DNA of 64,000 bases from Spirochaetia bacterium (GCA_963675665.1 OY776510.1:3136001-3200000), one strand, 5' to 3'; shown: positions 9,306 to 19,907, counted from the first letter of the stretch. Numbers and translations are program-made. Notes: generated by a model from the letters alone, not told the origin.

Positions 9306-10478
9306 TTATTCGATAGTTGACACTTCACGTATATTACGAATGAAATAATCATGCATCAGGATGAACCTTTCAAGGAAGAATGACATCCAGGGTTCCGGTA
9401 CAGCCTGATGGGTCAGTTCTTCGAGCGGAGTAATTACAACTTCCCGGTTTGTGGTCATAATGTTTGCTATCGGAACAGCTGTTACCTTTCCGAGAACGGG
9501 ATTGCCGTTATTATAAGAGAATTCAGCCTGAATAATTGCCGAATCGCCTGTATACGACCATTCTTCCTCGGGCAGATCCGGGTCCGCAATGCGCCCCTGT
9601 CCCGAAATGAAATTGCCGAGAGAGTTCATTATAAGCGAGCTGTTTGTGCCGGAGTCGTCGTCATAACGGAAAATTTCAACAGGCTGAACAACATGAGGGT
9701 GATGGCCCCAAATAACATCCACGCCGGCCGCTGCAAGTTCATGGAAAAACTCTGTTTTACGTTTGACTGGCTCAGTATAGTATTCAACTCCGCCGTGATA
9801 GCCAAGTATGAAAAGATCATAGTTACCAGTCTGTTTTCCGATCCAGCTGATGAATTCGTCGGATTGTTCCCTGTTTCTGAAATCAACCAGCAGCATATGT
9901 CCCGGTTCAGGGATTACATTGGAAAACTGGGTAACGGCAAGATATCCGATCTTCCAGCCGTTTTTGTATATTGTAACGGGTCTGAACTCTGTCTGCGGAT
10001 TACTCTTGGCTCCGGAATAATATACTTTTCTGTCATGATCACGGCGGTATTCCCAGGTTATTGCTTCCATTGAGCCGACCGTTGATTTAAGCCCCCCGGT
10101 GCCCTGATCTCCGCTGTGATTGTTTGCCAGAGACAACACGTCGACACCTGCATCAATTGCCGCCTTGACATATTCCGGGTGGATATTAAACACCGGGTAA
10201 CTGGCCTGCGGGATGTCGCGGTTAACGGGAAATTCAACGTTGCAGAAGGTAAGGCTGTCGTTCAGCATTATTTTTTCGATGTCGCGGTAGATCATGGAAT
10301 AATCCGGCATAGAATAATTAATTATATGCGCCATCATATCTCCCGTGAAACTCAGCAGAAGATCTGTTTTATTCCCGGGGATATAAACCGGGCCTTCCTC
10401 AATCTCAAGGGCTGCAAGGCTGTAAGCTGAGATAAAAAATGCAGCAGTAAAAACGATTATGCTAAAAAATCTTTTCAA
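9306..10478 (-). CDS. CapA family metallophosphoesterase (PGA_cap)
   Basis: GDMM, NVEFP, SLANNHSGD, HGGVEY, GHHPHVVQ and SLGNF motifs; signal peptide. Confidence 0.9.
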   Translation of the reverse strand: MKRFFSIIVFTAAFFISAYSLAALEIEEGPVYIPGNKTDLLLSFTGDMMAHIINYSMPDYSMIYRDIEKIMLNDSLTFCNVEFPVNRDIPQASYPVFNIHPEYVKAAIDAGVDVLSLANNHSGDQGTGGLKSTVGSMEAITWEYRRDHDRKVYYSGAKSNPQTEFRPVTIYKNGWKIGYLAVTQFSNVIPEPGHMLLVDFRNREQSDEFISWIGKQTGNYDLFILGYHGGVEYYTEPVKRKTEFFHELAAAGVDVIWGHHPHVVQPVEIFRYDDDSGTNSSLIMNSLGNFISGQGRIADPDLPEEEWSYTGDSAIIQAEFSYNNGNPVLGKVTAVPIANIMTTNREVVITPLEELTHQAVPEPWMSFFLERFILMHDYFIRNIREVSTIE

Positions 10479-12801
10479 TTACCTCTTCCATTGTTTCTAC
10501 CGGATAAAACCTGATTCCTTTTTTGATATGGTCGGGTATTTCTGATAAATCCCTCTCATTCGCTTTTGGAATCAGTATAGTTTTAATACCGGCGCGCCTT
10601 GCGGCTATGGTTTTTTCCTTCAACCCGCCGATAGGCAGGACCTTTCCTATCAACGACATTTCGCCAGTCATTGCCAGTTTCTTTTTAAGCATCTTTCCGG
10701 TTGCCAGTGATAACAGTGCCGATGCCATTGTGATGCCTGCCGACGGTCCGTCTTTTGGCGTGGCGCCTTCAGGTATATGCAAGTGTATCATGTTGCTGTT
10801 GAAAAAGTTAGAGTCCGCGCCGTGTTTTTCTGCAATGTGGCGTACATATGTAAAGGCAATTCCGGCTGATTCCTGCATGACATTGCCCATTTGTCCGGTA
10901 AGTTTCAGTCCCTCCTTTCCGGGAACGTTTATTGCCTCAATCATCAGCGTGTCGCCGCCGAAGTTTGTCCAGGCCAGGCCTATGGCGGTTCCGGGCTGTG
11001 TAACAACCTTGACGTCGTCTTCACGGAAAACAGGTTTGCCGAGATATTCCTCAAGGGTTTCAGGCTCAATGCTGAAAGGCGGTGCGGCTTCTTCCAGAAC
11101 GATCTTTCTGGCAATTTTACGGTGAATTCTGTCGAGCGCTTTTTCATAGTTCCTCATGCCGGCTTCGCGTGCATAATTTACAGCTATCGCAGAAAGTGTA
11201 TTTGTAGAGTATTTCACATCCCGGCGTTTCAGCCCGGTTTTCTGGACGGATTTCGGTATCAGGTATTTTTTTGCGATCATTATTTTTTCTTTTTCGATGT
11301 ACCCCGACAGCCTGATTATTTCCATCCTGTCAAGAAGCGGACGCGGTACGGTGTCGAGCGTATTTGCGGTTGCTATGAAAAGGATATTGCTGATGTCGAA
11401 CGGAAGGTCGAGGTAATGATCACGGAAGGCTATATTCTGCTCGGGATCAAGCACTTCAAGCAGCGCCGATGAAGGATCTCCCTGATACGAAGCTCCCATC
11501 TTGTCGATTTCATCTATCATGAATACAGGGTTGCCGGTTTTAACAATCTTGAGTCCCTGTATGATCTTGCCGGGCATGGCCCCGACGTATGTTCTGCGGT
11601 GGCCTTTTATCTCGGCTTCATCGCGCATGCCCCCGACGCTGAAACGGAAAAACTCCTTGTTGAGAGCGCTTGCAATTGATTTGCCTATCGAGGTTTTTCC
11701 AACTCCCGGGGCGCCAACCAGACAGATTATCGAACCTTTGTTGTCCTTTTTCAGTTTCCTGACGGCCAGGTATTCAAGAATACGTTCTTTAACATCTTCA
11801 AGACCGTAATGGTCGCGCTCAAGAATTTCCGAAGCTTCTTTCATATCATAATTTTCCGGTTCAGGATCATTCCAGGGCAAAGATATTATTGTATCGAGAT
11901 AATTTCTCGTAACGACGAATTCAGATGAATTGGGATCCATCAGCTTGAATTTCTCAAGCTCCTGCTCAACCTGTTCCTTGATTTCACCGGTAAATTTGAA
12001 TTTATCGATTGCTTCCGAGAAACGGAGATATTCTCCGCTTTTTGCATCCACAGGCATTCCAAGTTCTTCCTTGATTGCCTTGAGTTCTTCTTTAAGGAAG
12101 TATTCTCTCTGGTTTTTTTCTATTTTTTCGTTGATCTGTTTTTGAATTTTCCGCTGAATCTTCATAAGTTCCTGTTCTTTCTTTATATAAACAAGAACAG
12201 ACTCAAGTCGTGCCTGAACATCAAGCGTTTCAAGAATTTTCTGCTGGTCCTGACGATCTATGTTTAAAATTGAACTGAAAAAATCGGCAATTTTTCCGGG
12301 CTGGTCTATATTGACCATGGACAGTCTCATTTCTTCCGAGAACAACGGGTTATTTTCAGACAGCTGTTTCATCTCGTTTATTATTGAGCGGGTCAAAGCC
12401 TTGACTTCTATGGTGTCATCATTAACATCATCAAGGTATTCGACTGCAGCCGTATAAGGCGCGGAATCAGTGAGAAATTTTTTAACCTTGAACCTTTTCA
12501 GGGTTGAGATAAATACATTGATACCGCCGTCAGGCAGATTTATTTTTTTTACGATCTTGCCTACCGTGCCTATTTTGCATAAATCTTCAGTTGAGGGTGT
12601 TTCATTATCATCATCTTTAATCATAAGAAGTCCGATTAGGCTGTTTTGCGACAGGCTCTGATCAACAACGGAAATATCCTGTTCGGATTCAATCATCATC
12701 GGGGTAAAAATTCCCGGGAAAACAGGCTTTCCGATTGTCGGAATCACAAACAGGCGGTTGGGAAGCAACTGATCAGCTGGAACAATTTGTTTTTCTGGCA
12801 T
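10462..12801 (-). CDS. lon: ATP-dependent protease La (Lon)
   Basis: DHYGLEDVKERILE, GAPGVGKTS, GHRRTYVGAMPG, DEIDK, PKDGPSAG and GGLKEK motifs. Confidence 0.98.
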   Translation of the reverse strand: MPEKQIVPADQLLPNRLFVIPTIGKPVFPGIFTPMMIESEQDISVVDQSLSQNSLIGLLMIKDDDNETPSTEDLCKIGTVGKIVKKINLPDGGINVFISTLKRFKVKKFLTDSAPYTAAVEYLDDVNDDTIEVKALTRSIINEMKQLSENNPLFSEEMRLSMVNIDQPGKIADFFSSILNIDRQDQQKILETLDVQARLESVLVYIKKEQELMKIQRKIQKQINEKIEKNQREYFLKEELKAIKEELGMPVDAKSGEYLRFSEAIDKFKFTGEIKEQVEQELEKFKLMDPNSSEFVVTRNYLDTIISLPWNDPEPENYDMKEASEILERDHYGLEDVKERILEYLAVRKLKKDNKGSIICLVGAPGVGKTSIGKSIASALNKEFFRFSVGGMRDEAEIKGHRRTYVGAMPGKIIQGLKIVKTGNPVFMIDEIDKMGASYQGDPSSALLEVLDPEQNIAFRDHYLDLPFDISNILFIATANTLDTVPRPLLDRMEIIRLSGYIEKEKIMIAKKYLIPKSVQKTGLKRRDVKYSTNTLSAIAVNYAREAGMRNYEKALDRIHRKIARKIVLEEAAPPFSIEPETLEEYLGKPVFREDDVKVVTQPGTAIGLAWTNFGGDTLMIEAINVPGKEGLKLTGQMGNVMQESAGIAFTYVRHIAEKHGADSNFFNSNMIHLHIPEGATPKDGPSAGITMASALLSLATGKMLKKKLAMTGEMSLIGKVLPIGGLKEKTIAARRAGIKTILIPKANERDLSEIPDHIKKGIRFYPVETMEEVIEKIF

Positions 12802-12829
12802 TCTCTACCTCTATATTTTTATTGGTTAA

Positions 12830-12857
12830 ATTATAATACTTTTTCTAAAATATGCAA
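12830..12857 (-). promoter_or_regulatory. Sigma70-type promoter for lon
   Basis: TTGCAT-16nt-TATAAT on minus strand, upstream of SD AGAGG. Confidence 0.55.
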
Positions 12858-12899
12858 AATTTCCCCAAAAGGCAAATGAATGCTGTATAATAACGGGCA

Positions 12900-13652
12900 A
12901 TGAATCGCAATTATTCAACTGAAGCTGTGGTCCTTAAAACCAGACGTTTCGGCGATTTCCATAAAGCGGTTACGATACTCAGTCCTGATTGCGGAATAAT
13001 TAACGCGGTAGCGCATGGAGCATATAAAGGGAAGAGCAGGATCAGCAGTATTACCGATCCTTTCTGTGTGTCGGCTTTTGAACTTTACCATAACCCCGTA
13101 AAGGATGTCTGGAAGATAAACGGCTGTGAATCAATCGATCTGAATGAACGAATCAGGGAAAACCTGAACGCGCACTATAACGCTTCTTTCTGGTCCGAGC
13201 TGATTATAAAAAGCTATGCCTCCGGAGCAGATTTTATTTCGGTTTTTTCCCTGTATACATCCGCTCTGACAGGACTTAATGCAGATAACAGCGCCGGACT
13301 GTCGGTAACCTTGCATTTTCTGTACCGGTTTCTCCTGAATTCGGGTTTTATTACCGATTTTTCCGAATGCGGACATTGCGGAAAGCTTATTGCAGGTGAA
13401 GATGTTTACTTCTCTCCTGCCGAAGGTTGTTTTTTATGTGCCTCATGCGCATCGAAGGGCCTGCCTGTGATAAAGGGCGCAGCGGCAGAATATCTTGAAG
13501 AATCATCTGCTGTTCACCTTGAAGAAGCGGTTAAAAAAAGGTTAGATATACAGACTGAAAAAGAAGTAAGAAATACACTGTTGGCGGTTCTGAAAACTAT
13601 CATTGATGCTCCGTTGAACACCCTGGATTATATAGATTATGGTATGGAATAA
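12900..13652 (+). CDS. recO: DNA repair protein RecO
   Basis: N-terminal OB fold (EAVVLK...GDFHK.VTILS...G.I.A.A.GA) and Zn-finger CGHC...CASC. Confidence 0.92.
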   Translation: MNRNYSTEAVVLKTRRFGDFHKAVTILSPDCGIINAVAHGAYKGKSRISSITDPFCVSAFELYHNPVKDVWKINGCESIDLNERIRENLNAHYNASFWSELIIKSYASGADFISVFSLYTSALTGLNADNSAGLSVTLHFLYRFLLNSGFITDFSECGHCGKLIAGEDVYFSPAEGCFLCASCASKGLPVIKGAAAEYLEESSAVHLEEAVKKRLDIQTEKEVRNTLLAVLKTIIDAPLNTLDYIDYGME

Positions 13653-15747
13653 AAAAGACATAAATCCGGATAAGGTCCGTGAAATATCGGAAAGGTTCGG
13701 TATAGATCTTATGCCCGCATCGGTTTTTGTCAGGCGCGGCATTACTGACTATGAAAAACTCAAATTCTTTCTTGAAGATGATCTTCAGTATCTGCACAGT
13801 CCGTTCAATTTCTCCGAGATGGAAGATATTGTAGACCGAATCAGGCTTGCAGTTTCCGAAGGCGAGAAGGTGAAGATTTTCGGAGATCGGGACGTAGACG
13901 GAATAACCTCGACGGTTTTGCTTTATAATGAGCTGAAAAAGATGGGTATGGACGTCGAATGGCGCCTTCCCGAAGGGGATGACCCTTACGGGCTTACAAT
14001 AACTGCTGTTGATGATTTTGCTGATCGTCACGGAAGTCTGCTGATCACGGTAGACTGCGGTATTTCAAATTATTCAGAAATCGAACATGCACTGGAACGC
14101 GGTGTAGATACAATTGTAATTGATCATCACAACAGTCCTGAAAACCTGCCTTCGGCTTTCGGAATAATCAATCCCAAAATGGAAGACAGCTGCTATCCGT
14201 TCATGCATCTGGCCGGATGCGGTGTTGTCGCCAAAGTAATATGGGCGTTGAGGTTTTCCGCTCTTGATATTTATAATCAGGAATTCTGCATGCTGAATAT
14301 CCGGCCGGGGAACGAGTCGTATATTCTTGAAGCCGTTAAAATGAAAAACCTGGTTGCCGAGGATAAAATTACGGAAACGCTTGTTCCGGGAATGGTAAAC
14401 CTTGAGAATTCCAGGCTTCTTGACTTTCTTCAGCTTCAGATAATTGTCTATGACGCCGAGCCGCAAAAAAGAATGTTGCAGAAAATATTCGGAAATAATA
14501 CGGATATTCATCTGATCGATTCAGCCCCGGAGATTTGGAAGGCCTTTCCGTCTCTTCAGGGCAAGAGTCTTCTCAAGATGCGCGACGGCAGCAGAATGGT
14601 AAGGTACAGCACTGAATCTCCCGGAGAAATTGATGTTTTTATTAATCTTTTTACAGCGTTTATCCTGAGGAAAGAAGCTTCATTATCTACGGAATATGAA
14701 AAAGAACTTGATCTGGTTGCACTAGGGACAATAGCCGATCTGATGCCGCTTGAAGATGAAAACCGGATAATTGTAAAACGGGGTATGAAGCAGCTGATAA
14801 AAACCGAAAGAAAAGGGTTGCGGAATCTGCTTGCAACACGCAACCTGCTTTCAAAGACTTTAAGCACCACCGACATAGGATGGCAGGTAACCCCTATTAT
14901 AAATGCTACCGGAAGAATGGGTGTTCCGTCGAAAGCGGTTGAACTGCTTTTAAGCAGCGAAACAGAAGAGATTAACAGGCTGACCGAAGAAGTTACAAGT
15001 CTCAACCGGCAGAGGAAAAAGCTGGGAGAAGATGTATGGAGCCGGATTATTCCGCAGGCCAAACAGAGTTATCAGGATTTTGAAGCAAGGCTTGTTATGG
15101 TTGCCGACAAGGCAATGAACCGCGGAATTACCGGAATCATGGCATCAAGACTGGCAAGTTTTTTCGGGGTGCCGGCAATTGCAATATCGATAATGGGTGA
15201 CAAGGCTGTAGGCTCTATAAGAAGTGCAATGGATATCAATGTAAAAGATTTTATTTCAGGCGCATCAGATTTGTTTATTGATTACGGAGGCCATGATTTT
15301 GCCGCGGGTTTCAGTATTGAACTGTCCGATTTTGCCGGTTTCACGGCCCGGATTGAAAAACTGGCGCCTGAACTTAAAGGTGCGGACACAACAGAAGCTT
15401 CAATTAACATTGATGCGGAGCTTCCTTCCGGTTATTTGAATCCGGAATTGATAAAAACTGTTGAAATGTTCGAACCATACGGCGAAAATAATCCTCCGCT
15501 GGTTTTTCTTTCGCGCGGCGTCAGGATTGAAACCATGGAGCTTATCGGTAAAAATGAACAGAACCATCTTCGGCTGCTGCTGGCTTCGGGAAATTATAAG
15601 TGGCCGGCTGTTTACTGGAATGCGGCCGAGCGCGCAAACCGGGATTTCAGCCGCGGCGATAATGTTGATATTGTTTTCAGACTCGGAAGGAATTACTATA
15701 TGAACAAGGAAAGCCTTCAGCTTACTATTCTGGACATAAAAAAATGA
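13639..15747 (+). CDS. recJ: Single-stranded DNA exonuclease RecJ
   Basis: GDRDVDG, TVDCG, IDHH, GTIAD, INATGR, GSIRS, GGHDFAAG and EPYGENNP motifs. Confidence 0.96.
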   Translation: MVWNKKDINPDKVREISERFGIDLMPASVFVRRGITDYEKLKFFLEDDLQYLHSPFNFSEMEDIVDRIRLAVSEGEKVKIFGDRDVDGITSTVLLYNELKKMGMDVEWRLPEGDDPYGLTITAVDDFADRHGSLLITVDCGISNYSEIEHALERGVDTIVIDHHNSPENLPSAFGIINPKMEDSCYPFMHLAGCGVVAKVIWALRFSALDIYNQEFCMLNIRPGNESYILEAVKMKNLVAEDKITETLVPGMVNLENSRLLDFLQLQIIVYDAEPQKRMLQKIFGNNTDIHLIDSAPEIWKAFPSLQGKSLLKMRDGSRMVRYSTESPGEIDVFINLFTAFILRKEASLSTEYEKELDLVALGTIADLMPLEDENRIIVKRGMKQLIKTERKGLRNLLATRNLLSKTLSTTDIGWQVTPIINATGRMGVPSKAVELLLSSETEEINRLTEEVTSLNRQRKKLGEDVWSRIIPQAKQSYQDFEARLVMVADKAMNRGITGIMASRLASFFGVPAIAISIMGDKAVGSIRSAMDINVKDFISGASDLFIDYGGHDFAAGFSIELSDFAGFTARIEKLAPELKGADTTEASINIDAELPSGYLNPELIKTVEMFEPYGENNPPLVFLSRGVRIETMELIGKNEQNHLRLLLASGNYKWPAVYWNAAERANRDFSRGDNVDIVFRLGRNYYMNKESLQLTILDIKK

Positions 15748-16676
15748 GGATTTCTAAAATGATAAAAAGAACAGCTTTTTGTCTATTATTTATTTTTACG
15801 GTCTTTTTTACATTTACCCTTGATCTTGAAATACCTGAATCCGTTGAACAGGGCGGAGTGCTGACAGTCGTTACGGATTCCTCCGGGGTAAAACTGAGCT
15901 TCGGATCAGACGATGAGATACATTCCAGGACTGAATCTTTTAAAACCGATATTGACGGACAGCAGGTTTATATAGCGCTGCTCGGTGTTCCTTCGACCCT
16001 TGCTCCGGGCACATATGCGGTCAATGCGTTCGGTTCGCCGGATGACGGGGAAGAAAGCCGAACAGAAGCTATAATTGTTAAATCAAGGGATTTTATAAAC
16101 GAGGATATTCCGCTCGGAAATTCAATGTCCGAACTCAGGCAGTCCGATGATGCCAGGAAAGCCGAGCAATGGAGGACCCTTCTTGAAATACTTAAAAATG
16201 TCGACAGTACGCATGTTTATGAAAGCGAAAAACTTGCTGTTCCGGTAACTGACTACATTCGTACCTCATCGTTTTATGGAGACCGAAGACGGTTTCTTTA
16301 CGACGACGGAACCTCCGCGCGGTCAATACACAACGGTATTGATTATTCGGCTGAACCCGGAACACCAGTATATGCTGCAGGTTCAGGCCGGGTCGTATTC
16401 TCCGGGGAACGGATAATATCAGGCAATACAATTGTTATCGAACACCTGCCAGGCGTATATTCGCTTTATTATCACATGAACAGTCTGAAAGCGGGTGAAG
16501 GGAGTTTTATTGAAGCCGGGACACAGATAGGCGCTGTAGGTGCAACCGGACTTGTAACCGGCGCACATCTTCACTGGGAAATACGTGTGGCGGGTGTTGC
16601 GGTTGATCCCGGACAGTTGACCGGCGACTGTATTATTGACAAAGACTTTATTTTAGGTAATATTGGTAACCAATAA
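15744..16676 (+). CDS. M23 family metallopeptidase
   Basis: HNGID and HLH zinc motifs, YYHM; signal peptide. Confidence 0.92.
   Translation: MRISKMIKRTAFCLLFIFTVFFTFTLDLEIPESVEQGGVLTVVTDSSGVKLSFGSDDEIHSRTESFKTDIDGQQVYIALLGVPSTLAPGTYAVNAFGSPDDGEESRTEAIIVKSRDFINEDIPLGNSMSELRQSDDARKAEQWRTLLEILKNVDSTHVYESEKLAVPVTDYIRTSSFYGDRRRFLYDDGTSARSIHNGIDYSAEPGTPVYAAGSGRVVFSGERIISGNTIVIEHLPGVYSLYYHMNSLKAGEGSFIEAGTQIGAVGATGLVTGAHLHWEIRVAGVAVDPGQLTGDCIIDKDFILGNIGNQ
16636..16663 (+). promoter_or_regulatory. Internal sigma70-type promoter for rpsU
   Basis: TTGACA-16nt-TAATAT within the 3' end of the M23 gene. Confidence 0.5.
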
Positions 16677-16688
16677 ATATACAAGGGG

Positions 16689-16907
16689 GTGATTGCTATC
16701 GCTCATGTTAATATTGATGAAGGTGAACCGTTAGAAAAAGCCATCAAGCGCTTTAAAAGAATGGTTGAGAAAGAAGGTATTATACGTGAATGGAAGAAGC
16801 GTGAATACTTCGAGAAACCTTCTACCATTAAGAATCGAAAGAAGAAAGCGATGGAGCGCAAGCAGATGAAAAAGCAGCGCAAAATCCAGAACATGAAGAA
16901 TTACTAG
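16689..16907 (+). CDS. rpsU: 30S ribosomal protein S21 (true start possibly ATC at 16698)
   Basis: [31 protein letters not shown] signature. Confidence 0.97.
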   Translation: MIAIAHVNIDEGEPLEKAIKRFKRMVEKEGIIREWKKREYFEKPSTIKNRKKKAMERKQMKKQRKIQNMKNY

Positions 16908-16940
16908 CAATCTGCCGTAATTTTACGGTATCTTGAGACC

Positions 16941-16973
16941 AGGGGTCCCGCTTAATGCAGGATCCCTTTTTTT
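16941..16973 (+). terminator. Intrinsic terminator after rpsU
   Basis: AGGGGTCC...GGATCCCT stem followed by a T-run. Confidence 0.8.
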
Positions 16974-17100
16974 ATTAAATTATTTGGTGTTAATTGTAAT
17001 GAATAGACTGTATGATTGAAGATATCAACAGCTTTTCTGTATTGCGTTACAATGCGGATATGAGATAAAATCAGGTAGTTTTTAATATCGGAGAGAAGAT

Positions 17101-18177
17101 ATGCGCAAATATAACTTTTTTGCAGGGCCGTCGACCCTTCCTGTAGAAGTCCTTGAAGAACTTAAAGAAAATATGGTGGACTATAAAGGCATGGGAATGT
17201 CATTGATTGAGACGAGCCACAGAAGCAAAGAATATGATGAGGTTCATAATGATGCTGTAGCCCTTGTGAAAGAGCTTCTCGGTCTGCCTGCAAACTACCG
17301 GGTGATGTTTCTCGGCGGAGGGGCAACGCTTCAGTTTACAATGGTGCCGGCGAACCTTTTGACCGGTCCCCGCATAGCAGATTATGCAGTTACCGGTTCC
17401 TGGGCCCAAAAAGCATATGAAGATGCCGCCAGGCTCGGAAATCCGGTTATTGTCTACGACGGAAAGGATAACAAGTATACACAGCTTCCGGCCAATTTGA
17501 CTCCCGGCGAAGATTCATCTTACCTGCATGTTACGTCAAACGAAACTATCGGAGGTTTGCAGTGGCAGAAATGGCCGGAAACAGGCAATGTTCCTCTTGT
17601 AGCGGATATGTCAAGCGATATCATGTCGAGGCCTGTCCCTGTAGAAAGATTCGGACTTATATATGCAGGCGCACAGAAGAACCTCGGCCCCGCCGGCGTA
17701 ACTCTTGTAATTATACGTGAGGATCTGCTGGAACGCAGTACAGCCAACAACCTTACCGCTTATCTTGATTACTCTATCCATGCAGACAAGAATTCATTAT
17801 ATAACACTCCTCCCGTTTTCAGCATATATGCTGTTATGCTGGTGCTGAAAAGACTTAAAGCCCTCGGCGGGCTTGAAGCGGTTGAGAAAGTTAACAGAGA
17901 AAAAGCCGGTATAATATATGATGTAATTGATTCAAGCAACGGGTTTTTCAACTGTCCCGTACAGAAAGAAAATCGCTCAATGATGAATATTGTATTTACA
18001 ATGGAAAATGAAGAACTTGAAAAGGATTTTATAGCAAAAGCCTCTGAAAAAGGTATGGTCGGGCTTAAAGGCCACAGAAGTGTTGGCGGATGCCGCGCTT
18101 CGGTGTATAATTCCATGCCTATGGAAGGCGTAAATGCGCTTGCCGATTTTATGAAGGAATTTGCAGCCGGAAAATGA
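17101..18177 (+). CDS. serC: Phosphoserine aminotransferase
   Basis: NFFAGP, SHRS, GGGATLQF, SNETI.G, DMSSD, AGAQKNLGPAG, NTPP and GHRSVGG motifs. Confidence 0.97.
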   Translation: MRKYNFFAGPSTLPVEVLEELKENMVDYKGMGMSLIETSHRSKEYDEVHNDAVALVKELLGLPANYRVMFLGGGATLQFTMVPANLLTGPRIADYAVTGSWAQKAYEDAARLGNPVIVYDGKDNKYTQLPANLTPGEDSSYLHVTSNETIGGLQWQKWPETGNVPLVADMSSDIMSRPVPVERFGLIYAGAQKNLGPAGVTLVIIREDLLERSTANNLTAYLDYSIHADKNSLYNTPPVFSIYAVMLVLKRLKALGGLEAVEKVNREKAGIIYDVIDSSNGFFNCPVQKENRSMMNIVFTMENEELEKDFIAKASEKGMVGLKGHRSVGGCRASVYNSMPMEGVNALADFMKEFAAGK

Positions 18178-18617
18178 AATTTGATGAAATAAATCTTCAG
18201 ATAATCAAACATCTGAGAGATGGAAGAAAATCATTTAAAGTAATCGCGGATGAATTGTCTATCACCGAGAACACTGTAAGGGCAAGAGTGAACAGACTGA
18301 TCGACGAAGGAGTTCTGAATATCAGCGGACTGGTAGATCCTGAAAATATACCGGGCCATCAGACCGCCATAATCGGCGTTAAAATCAAGAACATGCGTCT
18401 TGTTGAAAAAGGCGAGGAATTCAGCAACCTGAAGGGAGTGCATAGTGTTGCGGTTGTGACCGGACGCTACGATCTTATAGTGCAGGTTCTGCTGAATGAG
18501 GAATTCAGCCTTCTTGAATTTTATACAAGTGAAGTGACTAAAATTGATGATGTTCAGGATGTCGAGACCTTTATAGTGTATAAAGGCTATAATATAAACG
18601 TACCCTATATTCTTTAA
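18174..18617 (+). CDS. Lrp/AsnC family transcriptional regulator
   Basis: HTH DGRKSF..IA..L.ITENTVRARV and VTGRYD motif. Confidence 0.92.
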   Translation: MKFDEINLQIIKHLRDGRKSFKVIADELSITENTVRARVNRLIDEGVLNISGLVDPENIPGHQTAIIGVKIKNMRLVEKGEEFSNLKGVHSVAVVTGRYDLIVQVLLNEEFSLLEFYTSEVTKIDDVQDVETFIVYKGYNINVPYIL

Positions 18618-18630
18618 CTGGAGAAGTATC

Positions 18631-19614
18631 ATGGCGGAACTTAAAACGAAGTACATGGGAATTGAACTGGACTCACCTGTAATAGCAGCAAGTTCGGGTT
18701 TAACAGCAACAGTAGATAAGGTGAAAGAGCTTGAACAGGCCGGGGCCGGTGCAGTAGTTCTGAAATCTTTATTCGAAGAGCAGATACTGTTCGACAGTAA
18801 TAAAATGACCGAAGGTTATAATTCTGAAGTGCATGCCGATGCTCTGGATTTTTTCAACGGAATGAGCAGTAACTATTTTCTGGATGAATATCTCGGGTTG
18901 GTTGAGGACTGTAAAAAATCGGTCAACATTCCGGTTATTGCAAGTGTTAACTGTGTTACAAACGGCGCATGGATTAAATATGCAAAAAGATTTGAAAATG
19001 TAGGGGCCGATGCTTTGGAACTTAATGTTTTCAGTCTTCCTGTAAACAAGAAGATGAGCAGTGAAGATTATGAAAATCTTTATTACAATATTGCCAAAGA
19101 GATTAAAGTCGCGGTAGATATTCCCGTAGCCTTAAAAATCAGTCCCCATTTTACCAGCCTTGCGAGGGTGATTGAGAATTTCGCTGATCTTGATATTAAC
19201 GGGCTGGTTCTTTTTAACCGTTTTTACAGGCCTGACATTGATATAGAAAAGCTGAAAATGACGCATGCACCTATTTTAAGCGCAAGCGAAGAGATGTCCC
19301 TTGCGCTGCAATGGATTGCGCTTCTCTCCGGAGAGATAAAGATCGATTTTGCCGCAACGACCGGAATTCACGATGCAAAAGGCGTTATCAAGCAGCTTCT
19401 TGCCGGCGCAAAGGCGGTTCAGCTGTGTACTACTTTGTATAAAAACGGCGCGGGCGTTATTACAAATATTAATAATGAATTAAAAGAATGGATGAAATCA
19501 AAGAATTTCAGCTCTGTAAGCGACTTCAACGGGATGCTCTGTCAGGAAGAGAGCGGCAGTCCCGAGGCCTATGAACGCACACAATACATGAAAGCCGCCG
19601 TTGGAATAAGCTGA
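18631..19614 (+). CDS. Dihydroorotate dehydrogenase-like FMN protein
   Basis: GAGAVVLKSLFEEQI, IPVIASVN, ADALELN, KISP, GLVLFNRF, ATTGIHD and LLAGA.AVQ motifs. Confidence 0.88.
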   Translation: MAELKTKYMGIELDSPVIAASSGLTATVDKVKELEQAGAGAVVLKSLFEEQILFDSNKMTEGYNSEVHADALDFFNGMSSNYFLDEYLGLVEDCKKSVNIPVIASVNCVTNGAWIKYAKRFENVGADALELNVFSLPVNKKMSSEDYENLYYNIAKEIKVAVDIPVALKISPHFTSLARVIENFADLDINGLVLFNRFYRPDIDIEKLKMTHAPILSASEEMSLALQWIALLSGEIKIDFAATTGIHDAKGVIKQLLAGAKAVQLCTTLYKNGAGVITNINNELKEWMKSKNFSSVSDFNGMLCQEESGSPEAYERTQYMKAAVGIS

Positions 19615-19889
19615 TGAATCTCAGCATTTTTGAAATGCTGATGCTGATATGTTTCGGGGCTGCCTGGCCCCTGAACATATACAAATCAATTCGATCAAAA
19701 TCGACCCAGGGCAAAAGCGTATTTTTTTTGTTTGTAATAAATATCGGCTATATCTCCGGCATGATACACAAGATAGTTTTTAACTATGATCCGGTAATAT
19801 TTCTGTATTTACTGAACTTCGTTATGGTAAGTATAGATATAGTCCTGTTTTATCGGAACCGAAAAATAGAAAAATCATCAGAATGTTAA
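19614..19889 (+). CDS. Small 3-TM PQ-loop/SemiSWEET-like membrane protein
   Basis: 91 aa; CFGAAWP..I.KS..SKST.GKS..F..... pattern and three hydrophobic helices. Confidence 0.7.
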   Translation: MNLSIFEMLMLICFGAAWPLNIYKSIRSKSTQGKSVFFLFVINIGYISGMIHKIVFNYDPVIFLYLLNFVMVSIDIVLFYRNRKIEKSSEC

Positions 19890-19907
19890 CATCTCCGGGA
19901 GGTTAAA

